Of a stretch of DNA of 64,000 bases, positions 49,712 to 61,625 are shown one piece after another. Each line of letters begins with the position of its first letter. The stretch's first letter is position 1. The notes beneath the pieces were generated by a model. That model searched no databases. It saw only the letters and a list, made by a program, of their open reading frames with translations, and was not told where the DNA came from. Source of the stretch: Azolla caroliniana (Eukaryota; Plantae; Polypodiophyta); NCBI GenBank assembly GCA_043228905.1, contig JBHGNT010000007.1, forward strand, positions 11,408,001-11,472,000, written 5' to 3'. Position numbers and translations under genes: made by a program.

Positions 49712-50879
49712 CGTACGAAGCACTAAAGGCGATGCTTACACAAGCACCGGTAGTACAGTCTCCAGATTGGTCCAAGCCATTCCACGTATTTGTGGATGCC
49801 TCCGACATAGCCATCGGTAGTGCACTCATGCAGTTGATCGAGCCCAGCTGGTATCGACCAGTATACTATTCTAGTCGTAAATTTTCAAATGACGAACGGA
49901 ACTATTCGACAATAGAGCGCAAAGCTTTGGGTATGATCTACAACGTCAATAAATTTCGACATTATTTATTAGGACGGAAATTCACTTTCCTCGTGGATCA
50001 TGCTGCATTACTGTACCTGATCGATAAACAGTCACTAACCGGGAAATTAGCCTAGTGGATGCTGCTATTACAGGAATTTGAATTCGAGATCCAACATCGT
50101 CCAGGGACATAGCATGCAGTCGTGGATTATTTGAGCAGGATCGAAAATGGCGACAAATCAATAGCAGGGCACAACGTTTTTCCGGACGCCGAAATCCTGT
50201 GTATTACGACAATTGGGACAAAAGAAGGCAAGAATTTTCCGGATAGATGGTTGATGGAAATGACTTACTTCCTAAGCACAAGGCTGCCGCCGCCACGACT
50301 AATAACAGACGAAAAGAAACGACTTGCGATTAGGAGCCAAAACTTTTTCCTAGTAGGAGTATTATACCATAAGGGAAGCGATGGCATCTAGCGGCATAGG
50401 ACGAGAAGGACACGGTATTACGAGAGGCTCAATGCGGCACAACAGGGAGCCACTACGCGGGGGATGTCACGGCCCAGAAAGTATGGCAAGTAGGTCTGTG
50501 GTGGCCAACAACGCAAAGGGATGTGTATGTATACTACAAAGAATGCGACCTCTCCCAGGATATGGGCCAACCCACGGACCTGGCACGGATGCCTCACCAG
50601 CCGATGCTTCCAGTTGAGCCTTTCCTGAAATGGGGCCTCGATTTTGTGGGACCCTTTACCCCAACCGCGGCTCGTACTGGAAACAAATATATCTTAGTGG
50701 CCATAGATTATTGTACGAAATGGGTGGAGTGTTACGAGACAACAACGACCAAATTCTTGTATGAGCAAATTTGGTGCCGTTTTGGCTGCCCTATCGAGCT
50801 CATCAATGATCAAGGAAGCCATTCTTAAATATGGTTGTATCCAATCTCACGGAACATTACGCCATGGTTCACAAATGCA

Positions 50880-51266
50880 ATATGTCTTGCATATCCTGAA
50901 GAAATTTTGCATACTTCGCAACTCATCATGATGTATATTAACATCAATCAGGGGTTGTGGCTGAAAACCATACATTACCATAAAATGACTATATCCCATC
51001 AATATATGCTTGGAGTTGTTATAAGAAAACTCCAAAATTGGGAGATAACGTTCCCATTTTGTTGGTTTTGTACCAACATATTGAAAAGAATATGCTTGTG
51101 GAAGCTAAAAACAAACCAGCCTTGTCGGACAGCCACAGAACACGGACATAGGTTTAATGGAATCTTGAGATTACACAGTATACAAGGGAGAGACAGACAG
51201 AGCAAAACATAAACTCTATTCAAAATAACATCACTCTATACATAGAATGTGCCTAGAGAGCACTTT
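50880..51266 (-). mobile_element. Gypsy integrase fragment followed by a family A-like copia LTR fragment
   Basis: MEFSYNNSKH..MYGFQP remnant; 51190-51270 resembles 1425-1510 (acataaac..attcaaaataa..cactctatacat..cactwttata). Confidence 0.55.
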
Positions 51267-51727
51267 TATACCAGGTCATTTAAGAACTGACAAAAGTATT
51301 GTTAGGTACTTCAAACATTTTTAACCTCATCACATCACCTCGACATCCTATCATCTTGGAACACGTTCGCATTCACAAGTGGAAGGATCGCACATAAATG
51401 GAAGGACAAGGAATATTTTGGTTGATTTTAGTACTTTTTCAATGATTTTACAAAATACATTGATACCAGTATCATACATGTTCAAATATACTATGAAAAA
51501 GGTTAAAAATCCAATATTTTTGTGATTTAGAAGTAACTAAAAAATGAGAAATTTCAAAAAGTTACATTCACAATTTATATCACAAACTTTACAACCAATG
51601 TTATTTTATAAGAAACGATTATTTAGAAATCATAAGAATTCAAAACACATGCTTTTATATTACTCGATTTGTTACAAGCGGAATGTAGTTACACTGAATA
51701 ACCAAAAATACATTCATGATCACTCCG

Positions 51728-54511
51728 TTACGGAGAATCACCACTATAACTAATATACAATGACGATTCCTCCTCGTCATCCTCGGATGTACCAATTAGT
51801 GCATTATCTTCGTCATAAACCAAATGGTTTGACTCTAGACTATATGTAGCAGATCTCGTTTGCCTTTGAGTCGAGCCACATTGTAGACCTGGTAATTTTT
51901 CTTTTATTATATCTATTGTTGACTTCCTTAATCGTCCGGCTTTTGTAAGTGTGAAGTCGTACACGATGATATCCACATCAGAGATATCAAGGGTTGAGGT
52001 GTTACGAATGTTTCGCTTCCTCTTCCTACCTCCCCTTCTTGTTGGGCATTCAATCATCTCCAATGTATACTTACCTGTAAAAGCATTTGCACTTCTAGTG
52101 TTGTACCAATGAATGCTTATAGACTTGATCGTATTTTCTATTTCATGCATTAGCACTTCTAGAATTTTACCCACCCAAAATTGGTGGCCATGTGAGTTCT
52201 CATCAGCCGGCGTTGCAATCAACATCCCCGCCGTGAGCTCTTGCAAATTGCCTTGCCATCTAGCTTCGGCTACTTTGGTCATCCTTGTTCCCACATAAAT
52301 GTCTCTTTGTTGTGGATGGACCAAGTTGTCATTAATCGCATTTGGTGGTTGCTCCGGAGTTCTATTTACATGATCATGTTGCAGCGACCATGTGAATGGC
52401 GTTTCCAAATTCCAATTATCACTAAATACACAATTGTCTATAATTCCTTTCTGATCACTATAAAATACATCCCACCATGACATGTCTTGTTGTGCGGCAT
52501 ATTTCTTGGCGGCCTCAATATGCTTTCTTTTTTCTTCTAAGGTTTGGAGCCATGACCGTTTTTGTTCCGATACCAAGACACTCTGCAACTGTCCTTTCTT
52601 CTCAATTGGCATTTGCTTAGCTCCATGGACAATTGTGCTCGGCATACAAAGTAATAACTGGCAACCACCTTCATGTTCCCATGTTGTAGAAGATGAATAT
52701 TGTTTAGCATACAAAAGTGTAGAACCACTTATTTCATTTTTCTTTATCATAAAAATGTGATTGAAACTTATATTGTTTAACTGGGCAAGCACTTTAACAT
52801 TCCCACCACCCCCATCTGATATATATCTCTTAAAGTCATATACCTCCTTCAAGTGTAACACTTTTGGGTGTGGTGTATATGCATCACAAATGACATCAAA
52901 TAGTTTAGGTAAAGTGAAAGCATCATGCCGAGACAACTGTCTAGAGAATGTGCTAAACATCTGATCTATATGGTCATGTGTGTGGCCAACCAAAAGAAAA
53001 TTGACTTTCACTTTCCTAAACAATCCTTGGTTGACCAACATACTTAGATAGCCAAACACAGTTGAATTTTTGTTCTCTCTAGCAGTATTGTCCAATTGAA
53101 TGTATAAAACAGGGGGGAAACGTTGACCCCAAGACATCAAAACTCGGTAAATCACTGTAACTGTTAGGTTAGGGTCATTGTGAACATTGGGGTATGTAAT
53201 GAAGACGTGAGGTCCAACAGACCTATTATAAGCCAAGCATTCCACCAAGTGCATTTGAACAAGACACTCATCATTGACATCTTTGGGGAGCTTCCGCATA
53301 TGCAGCAAGCACGTCTTCTTTTGGTCCATGCCATCTATCATTAAGCACATGTATTGTTCGGGCCTCTTCAAACACTTCTCTCTATGATACATCGCCTTCT
53401 TTCGTTCTAACGATTGTGCCTCACGATGCTCTTGTAGTAACTTCTTACTCATATCCTTTTCCATTGATGTCTTTGCACCTTTAGCCAAACTTTTAAGATT
53501 TGCACAAATGGAGCAATACCCCATCCGTACTTTACGTGGAATGATAACATTTGAAAACCGAGCTCTCCATAACCTTGTGAATTGGCTATATGTGACAGAC
53601 TTATTACGTGAGCCCACCATATCAGATCGATAGACATCATAAACTTCCTGACGTGTATAATTATGAGAAAGGTGCATCCTACCTGTAGTGGGCATTACTT
53701 CACAATTTAACTGAAAGTAGCTTTTCATCCAATCAATAGCATGTCTTCCAATTGCACCTTTCATACTTGGAACCTCTTTACAATTGAGCATCTGATCCCC
53801 GCTAAGTAAACGTTGTTGTACTCTATGTAGCCGCATGTTACTAACACATAACGCAATTTTGAATGCAACTCTACATATCTATTGCGCGTGGAAGATATAA
53901 TATTCGAATGATACTTTGATCCATGTACATTTGTCAGATACTAGTTGCATATGTGACCCGAGGTAAGTGTCTTGCTCATCACCAGTCATCGAAAAATAGT
54001 ATCGCCTTAATTCTCGCAACTTTGATTTTCCAATCATAAACATACAACCACAGGCACAACATATTTTTTTGACATCAAATCCAATTTGTTTATTTGATGT
54101 CACCAAGCTAAATCTAGCCAGACGAATTCTTCGTGGGATTCTTCTAATATGCATAGGGCTTCCAGATTTCTCTTCTTGCATAGAGGTTGGTGTAACCTTG
54201 TTACAATCTAATTCTTTGTTGTGACCATCGCCAATGTTATTTGATGTTTCATTGACACTACCTTCATTCTCCGTATCTTTATTAATATCGTATTCTTCAA
54301 TAGAGAACTCTTCACATGTGTCATTATTTACATTCCCTGTAGGTGAAGATGAGCTCAGACAATATTCTTCGATAGAATATGGTGAGTCTGTCGACAGACA
54401 ATATTCTTCAATAGAATATGGTGAGTTTGTTGACAAACAATACTCTTCGGTATAAAAACAATGAGTCTGATGACAAACAATATTCTTCAATCGAGAACGG
54501 TGAATCTTCAC
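51728..54511 (-). pseudogene. DDD transposase copy 2; single in-frame TAG at 53879-53881
   Basis: ORFs 53879-54511 and 51728-53836 are in frame (HAQ*ICRVAFKI); DGMDQKKT, QLDNTARENKN, VGHTHDHIDQMFS, FWVGKI..IHWY. Confidence 0.88.
54340..54490 (-). repeat. 39-bp coding tandem repeat (SIEEYCLSTDSPY-like, 3-4 copies) in the transposase N-terminus
   Basis: Repeated caatattcttc(g/a)atagaatatggtgagt; protein YTEEYCLSTNSPYSIEEYCLSTDSPYSIEEYCLSSSSP. Confidence 0.8.
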
Positions 54512-55123
54512 TCATGGCTTAAGGTCTAGATAGGGCTCTTTAAGTTATGTGCTTAGGCTAAGGCAAAAAACTAATAAGCTCCTCTCTAAACATAAACTCC
54601 TCTCTAAACAAAAGCTCCCTGAATATAATGTCTATATTATTTAATATTATATTAATACAATACATAAAAATATTATTTTTAATATAGCAATTGGATTTAA
54701 AATATCAATAATTATTTAAACTAGGTCTATATGAAGTTAAATCAAGTATAATATAATTCCAATCATTACCAAGCCATAAATATGTTGAATTAAAGTTAAA
54801 ATCATTTGCTAATTAATGGCACCCATATTTGATATAGAACTTCTCAGTCATTGGTTCATTAATGCTCATCATTTTAAATATTAGACTTATCAATCAATGG
54901 TTCATTCATGAACCTCTATCATTGTGTCCTTCATGACCTTTAAAGTCATTATAAGTTATTATGACTATAAAAGATTCATCAATATGTTAGTTTGATTTTG
55001 TAATCATTAATGCAATCATAAGTTACTCTGGTTAATGTGACTGTGGTTACTAACTAACTAACCTCAAGCTTACCAACCCTGGTTAAGGTGATTGTGGTTA
55101 CTTTAACCACTGTGGTCAATCCC

Positions 55124-55131
55124 TATAAATA
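55124..55131 (+). promoter_or_regulatory. TATA box of the copy 2 ParB-MTase gene
   Basis: TATAAATA followed by a leader rich in (A)GAGCAC repeats and ATGs at 55211 and 55259. Confidence 0.55.
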
Positions 55132-55210
55132 GGAAGACCTCGTCATATTTCACTCACAAGAGCACACAAGAGCATACAAGAGCACACAGAGCGAACAGAG
55201 CACACAAAGC

Positions 55211-58200
55211 ATGAAGCACGAAAGCGCGATCTCCACCTCCACTTCAACAAGATCAACCATGTCTTCAAAGAGAATCGAGCGCCAAGACACTGTGGACATT
55301 TTTGTAAATATGTTTCGTCACTCAAGAACTCGATACGGCGTATCGAGTTCCTGTATAAAATACAAACTTTATACAGGAACTCGATACGGCGTATCGAGTT
55401 TCTGTTTGAAGTTTAGGTTTTATACAGGAACTCGATACGCCGTATCGAGTTCCTATTTTTTCTTTGCTTTTTAAACAAGAACTTGATACGGTGTATCGAG
55501 TTCCTGTTTAAAGTTTAGGTTTTTAATAGGAACTCGATACGGCGTACCGAGTTCCTCTTTTTTCTTTGCTTTTTAAACAGGAACTCGATACGGCATACCA
55601 AGTTCCTATTTAAAGTTTAGGTTTTAGTTCCTCTGTTTTCTTTTCTTTTTAAACAGGAACTTGATACGCCGTATCAAGTTCCTGTTTAAAGTTTAGGTTT
55701 TAAAGAGGAACGCGATACGCCGTATCGAGTTCTTGTTTAAAGTTTAGGTTTTAAACAGGAACTCGTTACGCCGTATCGAGTTCCTCTGTTTTCTTTGCTT
55801 TTTAAACAGGAACTCGATACGGCGTATCGAGTTCCTGTTTAAAGTTCAGGTTTTAAAGAGGAACTCGATACGTCGTATCGAGTTCCTCTATTCTCTTTGC
55901 TTTTTAAACAGGAACTCGATACGGCATATTGATTTCTTGTACAATATTTGTGTTTAAAACAGGAACTCGATACGGCGTATCGAGTTCCTGTATAAAAGAA
56001 GACCCTTAAAGAGGAATATTGTGTTTTTGGGGCAACAATTTAGTATTGTGAGAAAAGATATCAAACTGTCTGTCAAAATCTGTCTTTTTTATGTCGACTT
56101 GCCTTACTTTTTTAAAAAAAGGGGCCTTAATTATAGGGGTTTTATGACCTACTATAGCTTAAAATAGTAGAAAATAACCCATAAATTACCTTTATGATAC
56201 CAATCTCAAGTCTATCATATGCAAATTATCTACAATATGGTTATGGAATCAATATAAGTCATACTTGCCCTTCAAGACAATATATAACCTTGTATACTTA
56301 TTACAATATATATTTTCTAAGTTGAATAGCCCTTACTAGAATAGATATCTGAATATAGGACTACCATGTACACTGAATGTATGATTGATATTTATAGTTC
56401 ACCACAAATCGCCTGCTAGTTTATTTCTTCATCTAATTATTTGTATTTTAATATACAACCTTAATCTACGTGACCACCTAACCTATGTTTTCGCATGTCC
56501 TTTCTTAAATAGGTCGTTTGAGAACTTGTCGGACCGACCTGTGAAGAAGATAAAGCTCCGCATACAGGGTTCTCCAATTGAAATATAGACCCTAGTAGCT
56601 CCCGAGTCCATGAAGAGAGGAAAAAAGCTTCTCTTCAACGAGGAGTCAAAATCTCAACCACACATTGAGGTTAGCTAAAAGAAACTTGTAGCAGCTACTG
56701 GAGGTGAAGACCTTCCTGACCATGATCTAACGCACAAGGAATGGTGTATGCAATATGTCGACTCAAAGAAAAAAGTCGTATTGTATACAACAAAGAAGAA
56801 GGGGGAGGGGCAACTTGGAAAGGAAACCCCATTTATGTATGGTCGTATTCTACGATTTGACTACGAAGATGCAGATTCAACCAACATACTTGTAATGATA
56901 GAGTGCTCCAAGGGGGTACGTAAAGTGTTCCTTTCAGAAGATCTTCCAGTAAAGGAATCTTGTTGGCTAGAAGCGTTCAAAAAAGATCTTGAAAGCTCAC
57001 AAAACCTTATTGTTACCTTGAGGTCTTATATACAAGGCCATGTAACTCTAAGGGAGGAAGTGCCCTCCCTAGTGAAGGCCACAAAAAGGTTATCTAAAGT
57101 ACAATCAAGACCACCAAAGAAGAAGACAACCAAAATGTCAGACTCTGATTCATCAAGTGAAAACGAAGAGGAGGACACTAAGGGGATGCCAGGAGTTGAG
57201 CTGGCATCGGGTGTGTTGTCATCCGAGCAGAATAAGATAAGGAGAGAGTTAATGCAGTGTAAACTGGTCAGGAAAGGGCAAGTGTTTAATTTGCCTATAA
57301 CACACATCCATCGGCCCCCCTATTGATGAAAAAACAGGTCGAAGACCGCTTGAGATTAGAGAGCCACACTGCATGCATGTTCAAAATCACAAGAAAAAAA
57401 TGAAAATTAATCCTCATGCCACTATGGTGCCTTTTATTGTTATGGTAGATCCTGAAGAATGTGAAACCATTGAAGATTTTGATATTAGAAAGCATGATCA
57501 ATATAATTACTTTGTCATTGGTGGATCGCATTCAGTGGAGGCACGTTGGCAACTTGTGAGAGAACATCCAACGACTTTCTTCTTCAAGTATGCCGAGTGC
57601 AAAATTTACGTGGGGCTCACAACTGAAGAGGTAAAGCTGTTGGCATGGGACCACAATAATGATAATGACTATAGGCAGAAAATGTCGTTGATTGAGCGTA
57701 TAAGGTTCTTCCACCACGAGTATTTGGTCGTGAAACAAAAGTTTGGTGTGAAGCTACATCTAGGTCTATGACGTCAATGTCTACATGAAGTCGGCATTGT
57801 GGTAGATGATAATGTTAAGTCCGATGGTCTTCGAAAATATGAGTCTTGGTTTCAATTGGCCTTCAGAGATGGAGAAGTATGGCACCTACAAGATCAAATC
57901 TTCTTAATGTGGGAGAATAAGGAGGTAAAGGGTCAACGACAAAAGAAATGTAAGGTTGACCCTCCACTAGAGTTAAAGTCACAAGCAGCCAAGAAAATTG
58001 ACTTGACAATTGAAGAAGTGGTTGATAACATGAAGCTGTCTCTGTGGAGAGCTATGCAAGGTATTAAGGACGAGCAACTTCTTGTGTCTATTTGGTCAAG
58101 GGTTGTGGCCAAAGATTTAAGCCTTGAAGAAATGGTCATTGAGTTCAATAAGTAAATCTTTCAAATACTGATATTGAAGTCTATATGGTGTAATTCAAAG

Positions 58201-59807
58201 TTCTAATCTTGATTTCTAATTTCACAGTCATAAGGTGTACATGAATATCCAAGAAGTTATGATGAAACAACTTGGATGTATAACTTGGGAACAAGTGACC
58301 GAGGATTATGCTCTAACGTCTTCATATAAGGCGTTATCGGAGTATTTTATTGCATTCAAGGATTGGGTTAGTATTGATGGTTTTTCATTAAGCTTTCATC
58401 ATATGTAGAGCTTGAATAATAATACTTGATGTCCTATTGCTTCTATTAGAAACCGTGTCGTGGCAAGAAAGAAAAGGATCGTCCCTTAGTCAAGGCATAC
58501 GAAATGGAGGAAGATGGCTCCTTTAAAAAATTTAGCCACAAAAAAGATATTACGAGAGATCTTTACTACAATGTGGTTTGCGGCGATGTCGTTGACTTGA
58601 TCCAAAAAGTGCGAGAGAAGGAATATACGCTAATGATTGCGGATATTCCTTACGGATTTCGAATGGCTGGGTCATCATACGCCGATGAACCGTTTAGGTT
58701 AAAACAGTTGGAGAAGATGGTCAAGGATTTCGCTGAGCTAACGACTGCATCCTTGTGGTGAATAGTTGTCTTTCATAGTATGGACCAAGGGTACCCGGTA
58801 GCTCAAGCTTTCAGATCTCGTTGCCATGGCATCAAGAAGCTTGCATGGTAAGGATTATTTATAGGTGTCATTCACTATATTGCATTTCTTAAGGTTGTTC
58901 AATCTATTCTTAACTCGATGTATTATTTTTTATAGGATAAAAACCAATGTAAATAGAGGGCCAACTTTTCGGTTCGTTAATGCCATTGAATACATCACGG
59001 TTGGCTACTTTAATGAAATTAAGAAACAAAGAATCAAGGAGCATTCTAATGAAGTGGGAGGTTCAAATCTGCTGGTATATCCAGCAGTGACACGGAAATT
59101 GCGACATGTCACCACGACAGAACGGGGACTGGTCAACCCAAATCAAAAACCTCAACGACTTATGATGCGCTTGATCGAGATGTTTTCTATCGAAGGAGGC
59201 TGGATATTACATCTCTTTTCTGGCACAGGTATTCCTCGAACTAGGGTAACGATCTTGAGATAACCAATACCGAATCTTTTTTGTTTGACAACTAATTCTT
59301 CTTGTTACTTTCTTCACAGGAACAACGTTTGCATGTGCATTGAAGCTCTTTAGAAATACAATTGCATTGGAGAAGGACAAGGAGCAGGTTATATTTATAA
59401 ATATGAGGATTAAGGCTTTGTGGGAGTGCCCAGACCAGGATAAGGAGGTCGGTGCAAAGAACCTCGCTAATACAGAAAGTTTTCAACCTGCTTCATGAGA
59501 GCCTATTCCTCCGTTAGCCGGCGAACCGAGGGAGCTAATAAAGCTTGATGATGAGCTTATAGAAGATATTTCGTTGGCTCGACTAAGAGGGGAAGCCAAT
59601 GCACGTACAGCCGAAGAGAGTTCTACACAAGATGATGAAGAAAATGACATTGATGAATTGATTGCTAGTAATAGACTCTATGAAGAAAATGACACTGACG
59701 ATTTGTTTGGATTTCACATTATTAATACAAATTTTGGGTTTTACTTGGTGGAATCTATCTTTATAATCTTCTATATGTTTCAATTTTATTTTTATATACT
59801 TGGTTAG
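55211..59807 (+). pseudogene. ParB-like/beta-class DNA methyltransferase gene copy 2; exons ~56513-58151, 58228-58366, 58450-58847, 58936-59228, 59320 onward, plus an uncertain short first exon near 55211-55305
   Basis: FVIGGSHSVEAR, WDHNNDNDYRQKMS, ADIPYG (DIPY 58642-58653), NPNQKPQRLM..WILHLFSGT|GTTFACALKLFRNTIALEKD; intron positions match copy 1; several stops and a frameshift near 57326. Confidence 0.85.
55326..55990. repeat. Array of 13 full and 1 partial palindromes GAACTCGATACG-N-CGTATCGAGTTC with a 51-bp period and AT-rich linkers
   Basis: Core starts at 55326, 55377, 55428, 55479, 55530, 55581, 55657, 55708, 55759, 55810, 55861, 55912, 55963. Confidence 0.95.
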
Positions 59808-60102
59808 TAGACTTATGACATTGGTTTCATCGCGTGCATAACTGACTACCAAATTTATGGAGAAACATGAATTAGTTTACATTGAGGCTGATTTTGGTCC
59901 AAGCTAACCTTAACATAACATGGTCATACAATTGTTGCCATGACTGTCCATGTTGTTATTATGGATCTTTGTCTTCTATTGTTAAAACTATTATGTGTCT
60001 ATTCCATTGCTGCTTAGATTGTGTAGTGTGTTGATAATGGTTCCACTAGCGTTATCCGCATGTTTTTATATGCTTGTAGTTCCACTTGCATTATCGTTCG
60101 GA

Positions 60103-60368
60103 GTTTGATCCTGTGTGAATCACCTAAGCAATAGAGTAAATCAATTTTAAATACAGGTATGAAAGCCTTAATAGTTTTGTTATTTCCACGACATTATCCT
60201 AAAGTTCATTGCCTTACATTGTCCACAATTATATGGTTTGATCCCATACGAACAAACTGAGGAATAGATTAGATCAACTTTAAATACAAGTATTGAATAC
60301 TTTAATAAGTTAGTTATTCTAATCACATTATCCTAAAGTGCACTATCCTACATTGTCCACAATTATAT
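60103..60368. repeat. Degenerate ~133-bp tandem duplication downstream of the MTase gene
   Basis: gtttgatcc..tcaaytttaaatac..acattatcctaaagt..tacattgtccacaattatat occurs twice. Confidence 0.65.
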
Positions 60369-60639
60369 ACATGCACGTATGGGTCAAAGTATAAATTATA
60401 ACTCATTTTATTAGTATGGATACAAGTACACCTCATATTTTTGTAAAACTTACCAAATTAATATAAGTCTTTAACTTAGTGTTTCCCTTGTCGCACATTA
60501 GTGACATATTGAGCCATTGTTGAACTTTATTATGCCTACATTAACTTATCAACAAGTCCAAACTTGCATGATTTCTAATGATCTCCACTCGTAGACCTAT
60601 CATGTATTTTTATATTTGCAAATTCTAATCAAGTTGAGG

Positions 60640-61150
60640 AACATGTGATACTAGTGCATTCAATTTTTGTAGAGAGGGTGTATTTGCTTCGTTTCAAGAA
60701 GATTCTACAAGTGGAATGTGCAATCCTTCCACTTGTGAACGCGAACGTGTTTTGGGGTTATCATGGCTCGAGATTGACAATCCAATCGTGGATTGGCGAT
60801 CTCGCTCCATCAACTTCACCTCGAATTCTCACCCACAAGGGATTGCTTCCACTCTTCTTCGAGCTAATGCTCCCATTTCTTCTTTTGCAAGAACCGTGTC
60901 AACAGTTACTCCAATAGAAACAACATCGATAGTTACTCCTGCTTCAACCTCAGAAACAGTTTCCCTCATGATCAGGTAAATGATACAGTGCTGATAGCAT
61001 CCATTTCTAATTCTAAGGACATGGCACTCATGTCCACTCCAGACATTGCCCTATGTACTAGCTCTTTTCCATCAAAATACAATGATTTCTCTAATGTATT
61101 TGAGAAGAAAAATGTTGATCGCCTGCTTGAACATCGCCCATAAGATTGTT
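60640..61150 (+). mobile_element. Remnant of a chromovirus-type gypsy pol (protease to RT start), related to G
   Basis: VLGLSWLEIDNPIVDW and NVFEKKNVDRLLEHRP*DC correspond to VLGLPWLELHNPAIDW and DVFDKVKAGTLPHHRPYDC in G. Confidence 0.7.
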
Positions 61151-61625
61151 TATCCTAGGCCAAACTAGACACAAACACAGGGTGTCCTTCGGGATCACTT
61201 CACCAAAGGGGTGGTTATGGGTAGGATGTTAACCGGCACAAATATGATCCTAATCCAACTATTATCGGATGGGTTACCGAATCGCAATATAGCACTATTT
61301 GATTAACACACGTAAGATAGAAGAGTAAGCAAAGACAGTCATAAACCAGATACACAATATTGAAATCTAACTCAAACTTACATTTCTTCCGTGCTCATTG
61401 CATTGCTTTCTAGATCCTTTTATAGGCCTCTAGTCCTGATTATAGAATGGTGTCATACCAGCAATCGGCTATGAATCGGTTCGGATCCAGATCGGTGCAA
61501 GTAATCCAGATCCATCCGTTCCTATCATAATTATAACTAATTAATTACTAATACTAATTTTCGTTCCCTACTCGTCCCCCACTTGTCCTCATACTCTAGG
61601 CAACGCATGGTACACCCATGGGACA

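Larger units (their letters stand above)
24703..50880 (+). mobile_element. Old Ty3/gypsy element D, fragmented by copia E, copia F and a MITE; boundaries approximate
   Basis: Zn-knuckle-like CTTCLNLGH..C at ~26340; protease IVDGGSGVNVIS at ~32690; RT (VIPKKNGKIRVCVEYRKLN, VFLDDF) 48407-49150; RNaseH (VFVDASDIAIG) 49720-50055; integrase (KWGLDFVGP) 50523-50828; possible 5' LTR 24703-25208. Confidence 0.75.
51267..60640. mobile_element. Second, diverged copy of the Sola1-like/ParB-MTase transposon; right end not identified, end coordinate approximate
   Basis: Left end TATACCAGGTCATTTAAGAAC resembles the copy 1 TIR (ACCAGGTCATTT shared); same head-to-head gene pair. Confidence 0.85.

Noticed and set aside
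55326-55990. CRISPR array (palindromic repeats with fixed-length spacers)
   Set aside because: Spacers are recurrent AT-rich types rather than unique sequences, no cas-like ORF is visible, and the context is eukaryotic
59810-60640. Right TIR of transposon copy 2
   Set aside because: No AAATGACCTGG-like sequence found by eye; the end appears deleted or replaced by the gypsy remnant
61183-61625. Solo LTR (TGTCC..GGACA)
   Set aside because: Termini plausible but flanks (CAGGG / ATACA) give no TSD and there is no second copy to compare
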